Positions 9,650-20,135 of a stretch of DNA of 64,000 nt are shown here, one piece after another. The stretch comes from Marsupella aquatica (lineage: Eukaryota; Plantae; Marchantiophyta), in contig OZ316894.1 in the NCBI GenBank assembly GCA_973895155.1, forward strand, positions 5,108,944 through 5,172,943, given 5' to 3'. The notes beneath the pieces are model-generated. The model did no database searches, was not told where the DNA came from, and saw only the letters and a program-made list of their open reading frames with translations. The translations under genes and the position numbers were made by a program. Numbering within the stretch: the stretch's first letter is position 1; every line of letters starts with the position of its first letter.

Positions 9650-11878
9650 TTATACCCGGCTGTCCTCAACAGGCGATTTCCTTTGATAGCAACTCACTCC
9701 GGGTCTTTCGCAGGGCACATACGTCCAGCCCAAACTTTCCCTTTTCAAGTCGTCAAGTAAGGGACAGTTTGTTACGAAAACTCGCATGCCCTCCGTTTTC
9801 GTTGTCTGGGACGACTGCTCTGCTTGCAACCTGAGCTCGTCACTTTGCTCCCCTTGTGGCAATGCCCCTTGAACCCAGGACGACTTTCCCAAGCTTTCTG
9901 GCAGAGTCTTCAGTCTCGTGCAACTCTCAAGTGTCACTTCTTTCAGACAAGAGAGTTGCCCCAAACTGTCCGGAAGGCTCTCCAACGTACCACAATAGGA
10001 GATGGAGAGCCTTTCTAGAGAAGAGAGAGTTCCAAGCTCATCCGGCAATGTCTCCAAACGCGGCAACCACGACAGCCTCAGGGCCCGTAATGACGAAAGG
10101 CTACCCAAACCTGCCGGGAGGATCCGTGTATCCCGCCCTGTGAGAGTGAGCTTATGTTCAAAGCACCTAAAGTGTTCAAAAAGGTCGGGTGCCTCCTCCT
10201 GCCCATCACAATCAAATTCAACCTCTTGCAATGATGGAATTTGTCCGAGGCCATCTAGTAGCCTTCTCCCGCTGTTTCCTGAATCAAGAGTCAAGCTCTT
10301 CAGAGACTGAAAGTGCCGTACGCTCTCCGGCAGGCTTTCCAAGCTTCTTGACTGGATAGATAATTCTTCCAGGGAAGAGAGGGTTCCAAATTTGTCGGGC
10401 AGCCTCTCCAATTTAGAGCACTCCAATATCAACTTTCGAAGAGACTTCAGACGGGAAAAGCTGTCTGGTAGGGTCTGCAGCAAATTAGCATTAGAAATCT
10501 CCAAGTACTGCAGCTCAAGGAGCTGGCAGAAATCCGCTGGCAACCTCTTCAATCTCGTAGCGTTTCTGAGACTCAATTCTCTCAAATTATGGAGCCCCCC
10601 AAAGCTCTCTGGCAGGCAGTCCAAGGTTGATGAATCAATTGACAACACTTCTAGTGCGGAGAGCTTTCCTAAAGTGTCCGGCAACTCCTCCAACTGGGGG
10701 CATTGTAATTTGAAAGTTTTCAATGAAGAAAGCTGCTCCATACTTTCAGGAAGAAGCTTAGCAACCGAAGACCGGAAAGTCAAATCACGCAGTGCATACA
10801 AGTTACCCACACTCAGAGGGAGAGTCTCCACCCCTTTGACATAAAGCTCCAATTCCTCCAGTAGAGCAAGCTCCCCTAGGCTTTCGGGCAATATCTCCAA
10901 TTTTGGACAATTTATAATTACCTGGCGGAGAGACTTCAGACAGCAGAAACTTTCAGGTAAAGTCTCTAGGTGCGCAGATGAAATGTACAATTCCTTCAGT
11001 GCCGTCCATTCAGCGAAATCGTCGGGCAAGCTCCTTAGTTGTCCAGCCGTGCTGATTTGAAGTAATTCTAGTCCCGACAGAAGGCTGAAGCTCGGAGGGA
11101 GCCTTTCCAGAGCCACGCCTGTCAAATACAGTTCTCGTAGAGAGGCTAAGTTGCCAAAAGCATCCCCCAACTCTTCGAAGCGACTGCACCCCGCTATCCT
11201 TAACTGCTTGAGTCCCGAAAGCCGGGAGAAAGACTGCGGTAGACACTTGATCAACGGGCAGCCCATGATGTGCACTTCTTCCAATGAGGTGAGTGAACTG
11301 CCAAAGGAGTCAGGGAGACCTGCAAGCTTACAGTCTTCAATTTCTAACGTTGCAAGGCGGGATAGATTCCCTAAGGATTCAGGTAACGCCAAAGACATTA
11401 TCCTGTCAAGTGCAAGATGTTCGAGGGCTCGGAGGTTGCCAAATGATTTCGGCAAAGTGAGAGACCTTAGATTCCTCAACTCCAACCGTCTCAACCGAGA
11501 TAGATTCCCAAAATTCTCAGGCAGATGGACCAAACCTTCTAGTTTCGACAGACACAAAATGCGCAGATTGGTCAGGTTCCCCAATGCTTCCGGAAACTCC
11601 TCTGGAATCCAAAACTTTGATATTTCAAGCACAGCCAAATTCTCCATTTTGTTGAGGCTCAGCTCGAACTTTGACAATTTCCATCCGTAACGTCCGACAA
11701 CCTCTAGAAGCGATATCTTCCTCGTGAGACCATTTCCCGAACCTTCTGTGGAGACACGACAAAGATCTATGTATTTCAATCCCTCCAGTTTGGCCAGCGA
11801 ATCCAACTGAAGGGTCCGTTGGCTGTTGTGGGGTTCAAAACTATACAGGAGCCTCAAACATTTAGTCCTTACCTCCAC
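9650..11878 (-). CDS. HNL copy 1 exon 5: LRR domain
   Basis: 744-aa ORF of about 23-24-aa LxxLPxxfgxLxxLxxLxL repeats; acceptor AG at 11879-11880. Confidence 0.93.
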   Translation of the reverse strand: MEVRTKCLRLLYSFEPHNSQRTLQLDSLAKLEGLKYIDLCRVSTEGSGNGLTRKISLLEVVGRYGWKLSKFELSLNKMENLAVLEISKFWIPEEFPEALGNLTNLRILCLSKLEGLVHLPENFGNLSRLRRLELRNLRSLTLPKSFGNLRALEHLALDRIMSLALPESLGNLSRLATLEIEDCKLAGLPDSFGSSLTSLEEVHIMGCPLIKCLPQSFSRLSGLKQLRIAGCSRFEELGDAFGNLASLRELYLTGVALERLPPSFSLLSGLELLQISTAGQLRSLPDDFAEWTALKELYISSAHLETLPESFCCLKSLRQVIINCPKLEILPESLGELALLEELELYVKGVETLPLSVGNLYALRDLTFRSSVAKLLPESMEQLSSLKTFKLQCPQLEELPDTLGKLSALEVLSIDSSTLDCLPESFGGLHNLRELSLRNATRLKRLPADFCQLLELQYLEISNANLLQTLPDSFSRLKSLRKLILECSKLERLPDKFGTLSSLEELSIQSRSLESLPESVRHFQSLKSLTLDSGNSGRRLLDGLGQIPSLQEVEFDCDGQEEAPDLFEHFRCFEHKLTLTGRDTRILPAGLGSLSSLRALRLSWLPRLETLPDELGTLSSLERLSISYCGTLESLPDSLGQLSCLKEVTLESCTRLKTLPESLGKSSWVQGALPQGEQSDELRLQAEQSSQTTKTEGMRVFVTNCPLLDDLKRESLGWTYVPCERPGVSCYQRKSPVEDSRV

Positions 11879-14800
11879 CTGCACATTTAAGGGTAATTAT
11901 TAAATGATTATTTCCTAGCGACAAGTAGTGGTCGACTAAGAAGGCAAATATAAGGAAAGTAGATAAGGTTCAATTTTCTCCTTTTAGCCTACCTTGCATG
12001 ATTGTAATAGGTACATAAGTTTACTGTACTGGAAAGGACAGTTACCTCCTTGTCATTCAAGCGATCCACTGCTGAGTCTGATGATGCATCATTAGTAGCC
12101 AAAACCATGATGTCATTGGAAATATTCTGAGCCATGTCTCGAAGCTGCTCATGGACCCATACTTTGTTGTTGATTTCTTTCACCAATGACCTGCTCACTA
12201 AGTTCTCCCACGTTGTCTGCATAGTTTGTGTTAGACTGCTCCATGCGGCAAGGGCCCGGTCCAATGGCCGTTCGAAGAAACATGACGCAGCCTCTGTGAA
12301 CATCTCCTGTTCCTCTGGTAACAGGGCATCATAGCTTATCCTCAAAGAAGCCCACACTCTGTCCCTCTTCTCCCCAGTTATGGCTTGTGCTTCTCTCAAC
12401 CTCTGTAGAGTTTCTATCCACACTCGACCATTTCTTCCTCTGAGGTAAGTGCCCATAACTTCCAACGTCAACGGCAACCCACCACACTTTTTAACCACTG
12501 CATTGACTTTGTCAATCAGAAAGTCTGGAACATGCTTCAATTCAAATGCATGATGGCAGAATAGTGTCTTTGCATCATCGTCTTTCAAAAACTCTACCTC
12601 ATGGACAATGCAACCTTTATAATATTTGAAAACTTCTTTGTCTCGGCTTGTCATGATAACACAACTGCCCGCTCGAAAGTGCTCCAATTTTGGTAGAACT
12701 TTGAGCTGATCCTGCGCATCTACGTCATCCATGGCAATTAAAGCTTTCTTGCTGCGCAAATGCTGCCACTCGACTGAACCCTTGTCTGTTTTCTTCCCAT
12801 TGTGATAAAAGTGATTGAGAACCCGATCCTCCAATTTGTGTGATGGGATGCCTTTTACATTATGCACAAAGCACGTGTATTCAAAGTCTTTGGAAAGAAT
12901 GTTAAATGCTTGCATTGCAAGAGCGGTCTTGCCAATCCCACCCATGCCAAAAATTCCAACAGTAGCTCCACCGATAAGCTTCTCCTTCACATCCAAGGCG
13001 CGTCTCTCCAAATCAAGAGGGAAGTTTGGAAGCCCATGAACTTCATGAATAGGCACTTCCGCCTGAAGAGATAAAATAATTTGGATCAGAACACTCCGAA
13101 TTATAGATAGCAACTACAGTGTTCTTATAACAATCATTCATGGTTGAAGCCAACAATATACGTAGTTGTAAATCATTTTGAAGGTGGAAGAATGGTGAAC
13201 TATGAAGGTATTTGGTTTCCACAGGATGTGAACGTTTAAGGAATGACTGTTACCACTAGCCACCTAGATTGAGCCTATCCAACTTTGCATATATAGGAAA
13301 AGTGTTGTCAAGAAAAGCAACAGAGTTTTGGTCTATAGCCCTGGGGGACTATCAGTCCCACTCAAAGGTGGACCTTTGATGTATCCTGAAATTAAGAAAC
13401 TGTCCGGTCAACATCTGTGGTCTTGCCCAGCCAAATATTGACCAACTGGGATTGTAACAACTGGAAGTGCATTATCTCAATAACACTGAAGTAACCACAG
13501 ACCCTCTATATAGAATTCAGAACAATCCGTGGCCGTTGTCAGACAGTGGTGTACGTCAAAACTCTCTCTATATCTTTAGGAGGCTTGCTCTTTCTATCGA
13601 TTCCTATTGGTTTTACTCATATCCAAGTGTTGCAATAGCGCATCCATGTTGGTTATGTACGTTAAGCGAAAATGGAAATCTTCAGTGTCTGCTTCATCCT
13701 TAATTTCCAATTACATTTCCCATCAACAACTACTCTGATTTTTGTTGTGGACATTTCAGTACATACTCTGAGAAATGCTTGCAATTCAGCAATGATTTCA
13801 CTACGAAGACATCACAAAGCCTAACTTAGGTCATGCGCTTAAAGTGACGAATTGGGTGCCAACTAACGGCTGCATAATCCTACCTTCATTTCGTCAACCA
13901 CGTGCATGAGGAAGTCCTTGAGCTTGTGGAAGCTCCTTGAGGACTTGCTCCTTGCTCGACAAATGGAAAAATGGTCTGCTCCGTCTACAATATTAAAATT
14001 ATACTTCCGCACAGATGCCTCAGGGCCCACCATGACTTCCCCATCCTGCCCATCAATGACCAAAGGTTGAACTTCATTAGATCACAACTGTGTGCTTGTC
14101 TCCATTCCAGGCTTCCAGAGCAGACTTCTCAACACCTCAAGGTTGGCAATCCACAGGAACAAGTGCTTCTAAATTACTCAAACATCAAATGTTAATACTG
14201 CAATCAGTAAAATGCCGCTGGATACCATATGCTATAGAAGGTTGAATGCTCCGACAGCATTAATTGTTACTTCATGCAGAATATTACCAATGGCCACTCA
14301 ATTACAACAGTAAGCAAAACGAAATTTTGACTAGATGATTAGGTAGCAATCGCCCTTGTACCAAATTTGTAGGGCGACCTTCACCAAGTGATGCGAACTG
14401 CCACTTCTCATACACTTTCGGTATGGCATCAAATCGACCATTCAGCCGTTCCGTGTCTTTACTCAACGTTGTGAAGAACTTTAACAAAGCACCTCCAATT
14501 TTATCTGCCAGACGGTCTGCAGCAGGGCTTCCGTGATGAGGGGTAGCATAATCAAATACCCCTCTCATGCTGTTAACAAACTTCTCCAACTTCGCCCTCT
14601 GAAAATTTCGGCTCACTTGGAGTCGCTCATGCGCTTGGCAACATAATTCTTTGATCACCAATCCTCCAATCGAGTGGCCTACCAATACAATTGGACAATT
14701 CGACTCTTGCCCAATGTTTGCCATCAGGAGATCTGAGATCAGGTTTTCCCCTAAATTGAACATATCAATGTCATCGTTTGAAATATTTCTTAGGATTCCA

Positions 14801-15320
14801 CTGTAAGACACTGAGAATATCTGAGCTTCAGGAATCTCCTCAACCAACCACTGCTGCGGCCAGATGCAGGAGTCATCCTCACATTTCCATGTAGACAAAT
14901 GTGGGTCCCTGATGTTTGGCCCCAACTGGAGGCCATGGAAAAACACAACCTGTATGCTTGGTCTGCCTGCAGGCTTGTACAACTGGTACACGGAGTCATT
15001 CACCTGAGAAAACCAATCACAATGAGAAAAAAGGGACTGCGAATGTCACCAGTCGTGCTCTGCATGGATGACAGAGGCTCGACTCGGCTTAAAAGCAACG
15101 TCTTAAACAGCTTTAATGGGATTGCTAAGGTATGACGATAGTGATGCTCAAGAGCTTTCCAAATTGACTCAACTATAAAAACAAACCTAACGCGATTTGG
15201 ACAAGTAGACTCAACGAAAAAGCAAAAAACCTCGAAGCCCGATTTCAGGGGATCTGGACTGCGTAGTACCTGCAAAATTTGAGAAGACCCTTGCGGTCTG
15301 GATGAGGAGGCACCCAACAT
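9650..15320 (-). CDS. Alpha/beta-hydrolase-NB-ARC-LRR (HNL) NLR receptor, copy 1, about 1366 aa, apparently intact
   Basis: Predicted exons 15320-15270, 15003-14362, 14045-13884, 13062-12046 and 11878-9650, with GT-AG phase-0 introns conserved in copy 2. Hydrolase FFHGL, GHSIGG, YATPHHGS, DHFSIC. P-loop GMGGIGKT, kinase-2 LIAMDDVD, GSCVIMTSRD, GLPL, VHEQLRD. More than 20 LRRs. Exon 1 is the least certain. Confidence 0.88.
12046..13062 (-). CDS. HNL copy 1 exon 4: NB-ARC domain
   Basis: GIFGMGGIGKTALA, DDVD, TSRD, CGGLPLTLEV, SYDAL, VHEQLRD. Confidence 0.93.
13884..15003 (-). CDS. HNL copy 1 exons 2-3: alpha/beta-hydrolase domain
   Basis: VVFFHGL, WPQQWL, GHSIGG nucleophile elbow and ATPHHGS in exon 2 (15003-14362); DHFSICR in exon 3 (14045-13884). 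Confidence 0.88.
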
Positions 15321-18300
15321 TGGGTGGCAAGGAAGCTTTGGGGACAATCAATGGGCCGTAGCCACAAGGAACCCACAAATCAAGTCTAGGGAAGGCTACT
15401 GATATCGTATAAGGAATCACCGTCTTGATCTTCAGAGTCTTTCTCATATCATTTAGGAGACTCATGCACTCACTTAAAAGTAGAGCAAGTGGTGTACTCA
15501 GTTCAGGGCTCGGTACTCAATTGGAAGACGACTATTTGAGGAGTTCAGGACCTGTCCGGTAGAAGTTTGTGACCCAAGACTAGAAATAAATTTGACATTT
15601 CTTAGTCATTGTGAACTGGAGCAAAGTATGAATTACATATGCCGAAGTCTAATTTCAGGAAAACGATTCTCAGAAGAATGCCGCACGTATAAATCCGCAA
15701 TGGTGACGTGGAGGCAACGGTCGGAATTGTGCGTAGTTAATACGACCACCGACTTGGACTCTCCTCGATCCATATACATCAGGTGATCAGGAGCTCCAGA
15801 GGTCTAGAGTGGGACCGACTTGAATACAAACTGAACAGTTTGCTTTGCGTAGAACAAGGGGATGTTGAATGGTGACAATTTAGTCTAAGATAAGACTACG
15901 CATTGGTCACGCTGGCTAAAAGAGAAAATTAGGCCGATCCTCCGTCTCTTCTTTCCCCTGGACTGCTGTGACTTCTGCAATTGCACATTCGAGACAATAT
16001 CCGAACACATTGTTAGTGATCTCTGTCTCACAGCATGTGTGATATGAAGACGACATAATTGTTCGCACTTGCGGGTGGACGACAGGGAATGGACGATGCA
16101 GTCGAGGTGGCAGAGAGACATTACTCAACAACAAAAGCGGCGAACGACAATGGAATTTGAGGTGGGAAATGGACGAAGACATCTGTTTTTGAACAGTCTG
16201 CCTCTGTCCAACGAGCCTTTCTGAGCTCCAGAGATTCGGAGGTGAGGGTGAAGGTTTGAGATCAGGGAACGATTTATTGAGAAGGTTGATCAGTTCATTA
16301 GAGATCAAATATCTTTTGAAGAAGTCACTGTTCGGTCAGTTTCCTTCGGTACTCGAGGATCAGCCGGGCTCTCAACGTACAGGTGAATAGGGTGATTAAC
16401 TGAAATCTTCTGTAGATGAGCTTGCAAACTATAGCTCTTCACGAATTGGGTCTCTAGCAGTCCAGGACATCGCTATTGAACAGGCCCAAACGAAGTGGGG
16501 AACAACATCACGCGAAAATGAACCCAAAACGCACAATTTTTGTGGTTAACCAAGATCTAGAAGTACCTGATGAACGCGTTTTCTGGTTCCTCAAGCTCAC
16601 GTAAAAAAATCGACCGTCCCACAGCACAGTGAAGGTGACCTTGTCGAGGCCGTTCACATCCCTTCAATATCATCAGTCGTCCGCACTGTAGAACAATTGG
16701 AAACCAGAAGAAATCACGAAAAGATAGAAGAAACTGACGATAATCTGATGCCACGGTCACCTGGTGCACAGGTTCTAATCCAAGAGCCTAGCGAAAGCCG
16801 GCAGAACAAAGGTGGACGGCTTTGTGACGTTTGTACGAGAACAATTTCCTTGGGATTGTGTGACTTTTGGTGCTCGGACCGATTGACCTGGCTTTAAAGT
16901 TTACCCTTCTAATGCTCATCCTACCAAGTCAGCACTTGAAGGAATTGTAAACTATGAATTTTCCTAGGGGCCCACCGTCCAGCGAAGCTTTACCGGCCTT
17001 AGTGAGGAGTCCACCGAGCGACCATAGCGACTGTAAACCTGACGGTTTGAGTTTGTACCCTTTTGCACTAGGTCGCCTGTTTCACTTGAACTAAAGGAAG
17101 GTTGCCCCTGCAGCGATCGGTTTTAGTGGACGAGAGATTATTTTACATGATTGTATGAGTTGGAACTTTGTTAAACTGATGGCTAATTTAAGAGACCAGG
17201 CTAACTTGGACAGTTGGCCAGTCGGGGAATTTTGCTCTTGCAACTTGGAGCTTTGTTGATAACACAAGTTTATCTTGCACTTTCAGGTTGTGAGTGCCCT
17301 TGACAGCCTTGTCCAAAATACAAACCCAGCACACTCGGAGGGCTTAATGGATCAATTAAATCAGTTGCATAATAGGTCCAGTACTCACCTGAAGAAGAGT
17401 TCATTATCAAACTACCATGAGGATACAGCGGGTGAGCGCCGACAGCATAGGACGTGGACAATCCGGACAATTTATCAGCACTGATGTATCAACCTTATAG
17501 TTCTTTGAACAATAGTCATGGGTATGCAGGAGAGCAAACATTACCTTCAGAATTAAACAACAAAAAACTACATTTTCCAACCTTGAGTTTCTTCATTACT
17601 TTGACCTCAAGGTTTTCTGGCAATATGACACAAATTGGACTAGTGAGAGACAACATGTGCTAGTGAAGTGTGTATTTGGGTCTTTCCCTAGTATGACAAA
17701 AACGTTTGCCAATGCTTATTGGTAAGTGGTGCATAAACTCAACTCTATGCACTTATTGTTTACTAGTCCATACCAAGGATAAGTGCAGGCTTGGGGCATC
17801 TCCCCAATTTATGTGTATTCTCCCAAGGCATGGTCTGTCTACAAAATGACATTGAGGCAGGAATGAGCTCGCTCTGGCCATTGGAAGAAGGGTGCCTTTT
17901 TGTAGATCCCTCCATTAGATTTCGAAAGGGCAGCCAAGAAAGATCTGGAAACCCTTGAAAGTGCACAATAAATCTAGCTTGTTAGATCCAAAAGATCAGT
18001 GCATGCAATCGGCAAGAGGCAGTGGTGAATGGTGGCGAGAGCCACCAGGCTCAAGCCATAAAATCTTCAATTCCAACGGAAGAAATTAAGTTGTTCTGGC
18101 GACAGTGTGTACTACAAGCCGACAGTAGTTTAAGTTTGTGAGGGTGTTTCTTTCTGGGGTTCCATAGTGAAGTTTCTGTGATATTGAGATACATGAACCT
18201 CTTTTGTTGTGTCAAATGAGTTTGAGTTTGGGTTTTCAGGTACCCCTTTCAGAATGTGTTTTGGCTGTAGCTTCGTCATTTTGATCTGATTGGGCTAAAA

Positions 18301-19015
18301 GGTTTGGTGTTGGTGTCAATATGGGACATTCACTGCAATTGTTTTGGGGAAAATGAAACTCCCAGAATTTTCTGACTAGCAACACCAAACCAATCAGATA
18401 AAGGAACTCCAAAAGAGTGTTAACATGCCTCTATAAATGCTATCCTTAATACAGACAGGCAGGGCCACCAAGGAGAGGGGAAACTTCCCATACTCCACAT
18501 CAGAAAACACCATGAGGGTGGGGACAGGAGAAAGATTGGCAGGAAGGAAGGGTGGGGAAAGGGTGAGGGGAGGGTCTCATTGTTTCAACACTCTCAACAA
18601 CTTACACACTTGACAACACTTCTTTGCTCCATCTCAAGATTTTCCATGCGACACGCAGACATAGAACTAGTGACAACAAATTATGTACTATATGTGCAAA
18701 CCAAGATGGCACTAAATTAAACAAATAGGCTATTGCCAGAGTGGCTACCTCCCTCATTCACGGGATGTACTTGATGGACCCCTACAATAAGAAGATTAAT
18801 CGATGAACCCCATGCATGATCCAGACCCTTGATGGTCCTTAAATCAATGGACCCAGAACTCAACTAAATTGAATAACTCATGCAGTACATGAAGCAACAT
18901 TCCACTCATTCTTCTCCTCTCCCTTATCCATTTTGCTCCACAATTTCAAGAAAAGGGCACTATTTACGGTGAAACCCGGTGGATCAGGGTTTGTCATAGT
19001 TGGAGGTGGTTTAAA

Positions 19016-19350
19016 GTAATTTGGGAGAGAAATATACCCAATGGACACCTAATTTGAAAAACGTTGCTCTATGTACCGCATGAGTTTTTGGGGAAGCCGA
19101 ATGACCATAAATATATTCTAATGGACACCTAAATTGAAAAAATATACTTCGATGAACACCCTTCTATATGGCTATATTCTAATGGACACCTAAATTGAAA
19201 AAATATACTTCGATGAACACCCTTCTATATGGCTAGTGGCCGTTTCAGAGAAAAAACATCAACCAACACTTTTCAATTTAGGTGTTCATGGAGTATATGT
19301 TTTTCAATTTACAGTAGGTGTCCATCGATAATATTTCTCTCCCCAATTCC
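19016..19350. mobile_element. MITE-like element with about 35-bp terminal inverted repeats and an internal tandem duplication of about 62 bp
   Basis: Left AATTTGGGAGAGAAATATACCCAATGGACACCTA; right TAGGTGTCCATCGATAATATTTCTCTCCCCAATT. A truncated homolog lies at about 43438-43680. TSD unclear. Confidence 0.6.
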
Positions 19351-19585
19351 TTAATTAAAACCAAATGGGCCTGGACTTAGAGACACGCCTGTACCTGTCC
19401 CTGTGCTTTACCAGTACCTTATTTGGGTGCCGCGTCGCAGTGCCGTCATTACCGTTTGTTCTCCAAAAGCTGTTTGATTCCTTTCCTCAGTCTTTCCTTT
19501 CCTTACTGTTCTTCTCTCACTGCTCTCGTCCAAGCTTTATCCTATGCAGAAGGTCGCGAAGGTCGCGAAGGTCGGCCCTGCAGAG

Positions 19586-19928
19586 TGTTGAGCATAGACG
19601 ACATTCGTAACGGCAAGCCCATGAACCATCCAACGCACAATAGTCGACACAGAGAGATACGTGGTTCACCTCCACATGAGGCTACGTCCACGGGAACACA
19701 CAAGAGCTTTACTGCACTCTAGGCCGACCGGCCATACCAAGCATCCACAGCACAAGCTCTCCCTATCTCTCAACTAGCTCCGTAACAATGAGCCTAAGTT
19801 CCACCAGGGTCTGGCATCAGCCCTAGCTATATGCACAACAGCACTACCGCTAACATTAGCAAGTCCTAACCCAAGTTAGACTAACTATAGTTAGCTCATG
19901 AGTCACAAGACTAGAGCAATATCTAACA
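19586..19928 (-). repeat. 3' LTR of the copia element (343 bp)
   Basis: TGTTGAG...CTAACA termini, adjacent to the PPT. Confidence 0.85.
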
Positions 19929-20135
19929 AACTCCCCCTTGACTCTTGTCTTGGGGACTAGACTAAATGCTACCATATGGAATCCTCAGCGGGAAGTTCTA
20001 GACAATCACCAAACCAGGTCTCCCCCTAAAAACCACAAGGGTTAACTAAGGGTTAACTAGAACTAAGCCGTAGCCAAACCGGAATGAGTAATCCATATAC
20101 AAATAGTCACACATTGCTAAATAACTCTACTTGCA

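Noticed and set aside
10002-11690. Plus-strand ORFs over the LRR exons (also 35568-36230 and 52886-53329)
   Set aside because: Antisense shadows of Leu-rich coding sequence.
15885-16308. Upstream ORFs before HNL (also 40153-40819 and 56164-56796)
   Set aside because: Frames and ends are not conserved among the three copies; likely UTR or promoter.
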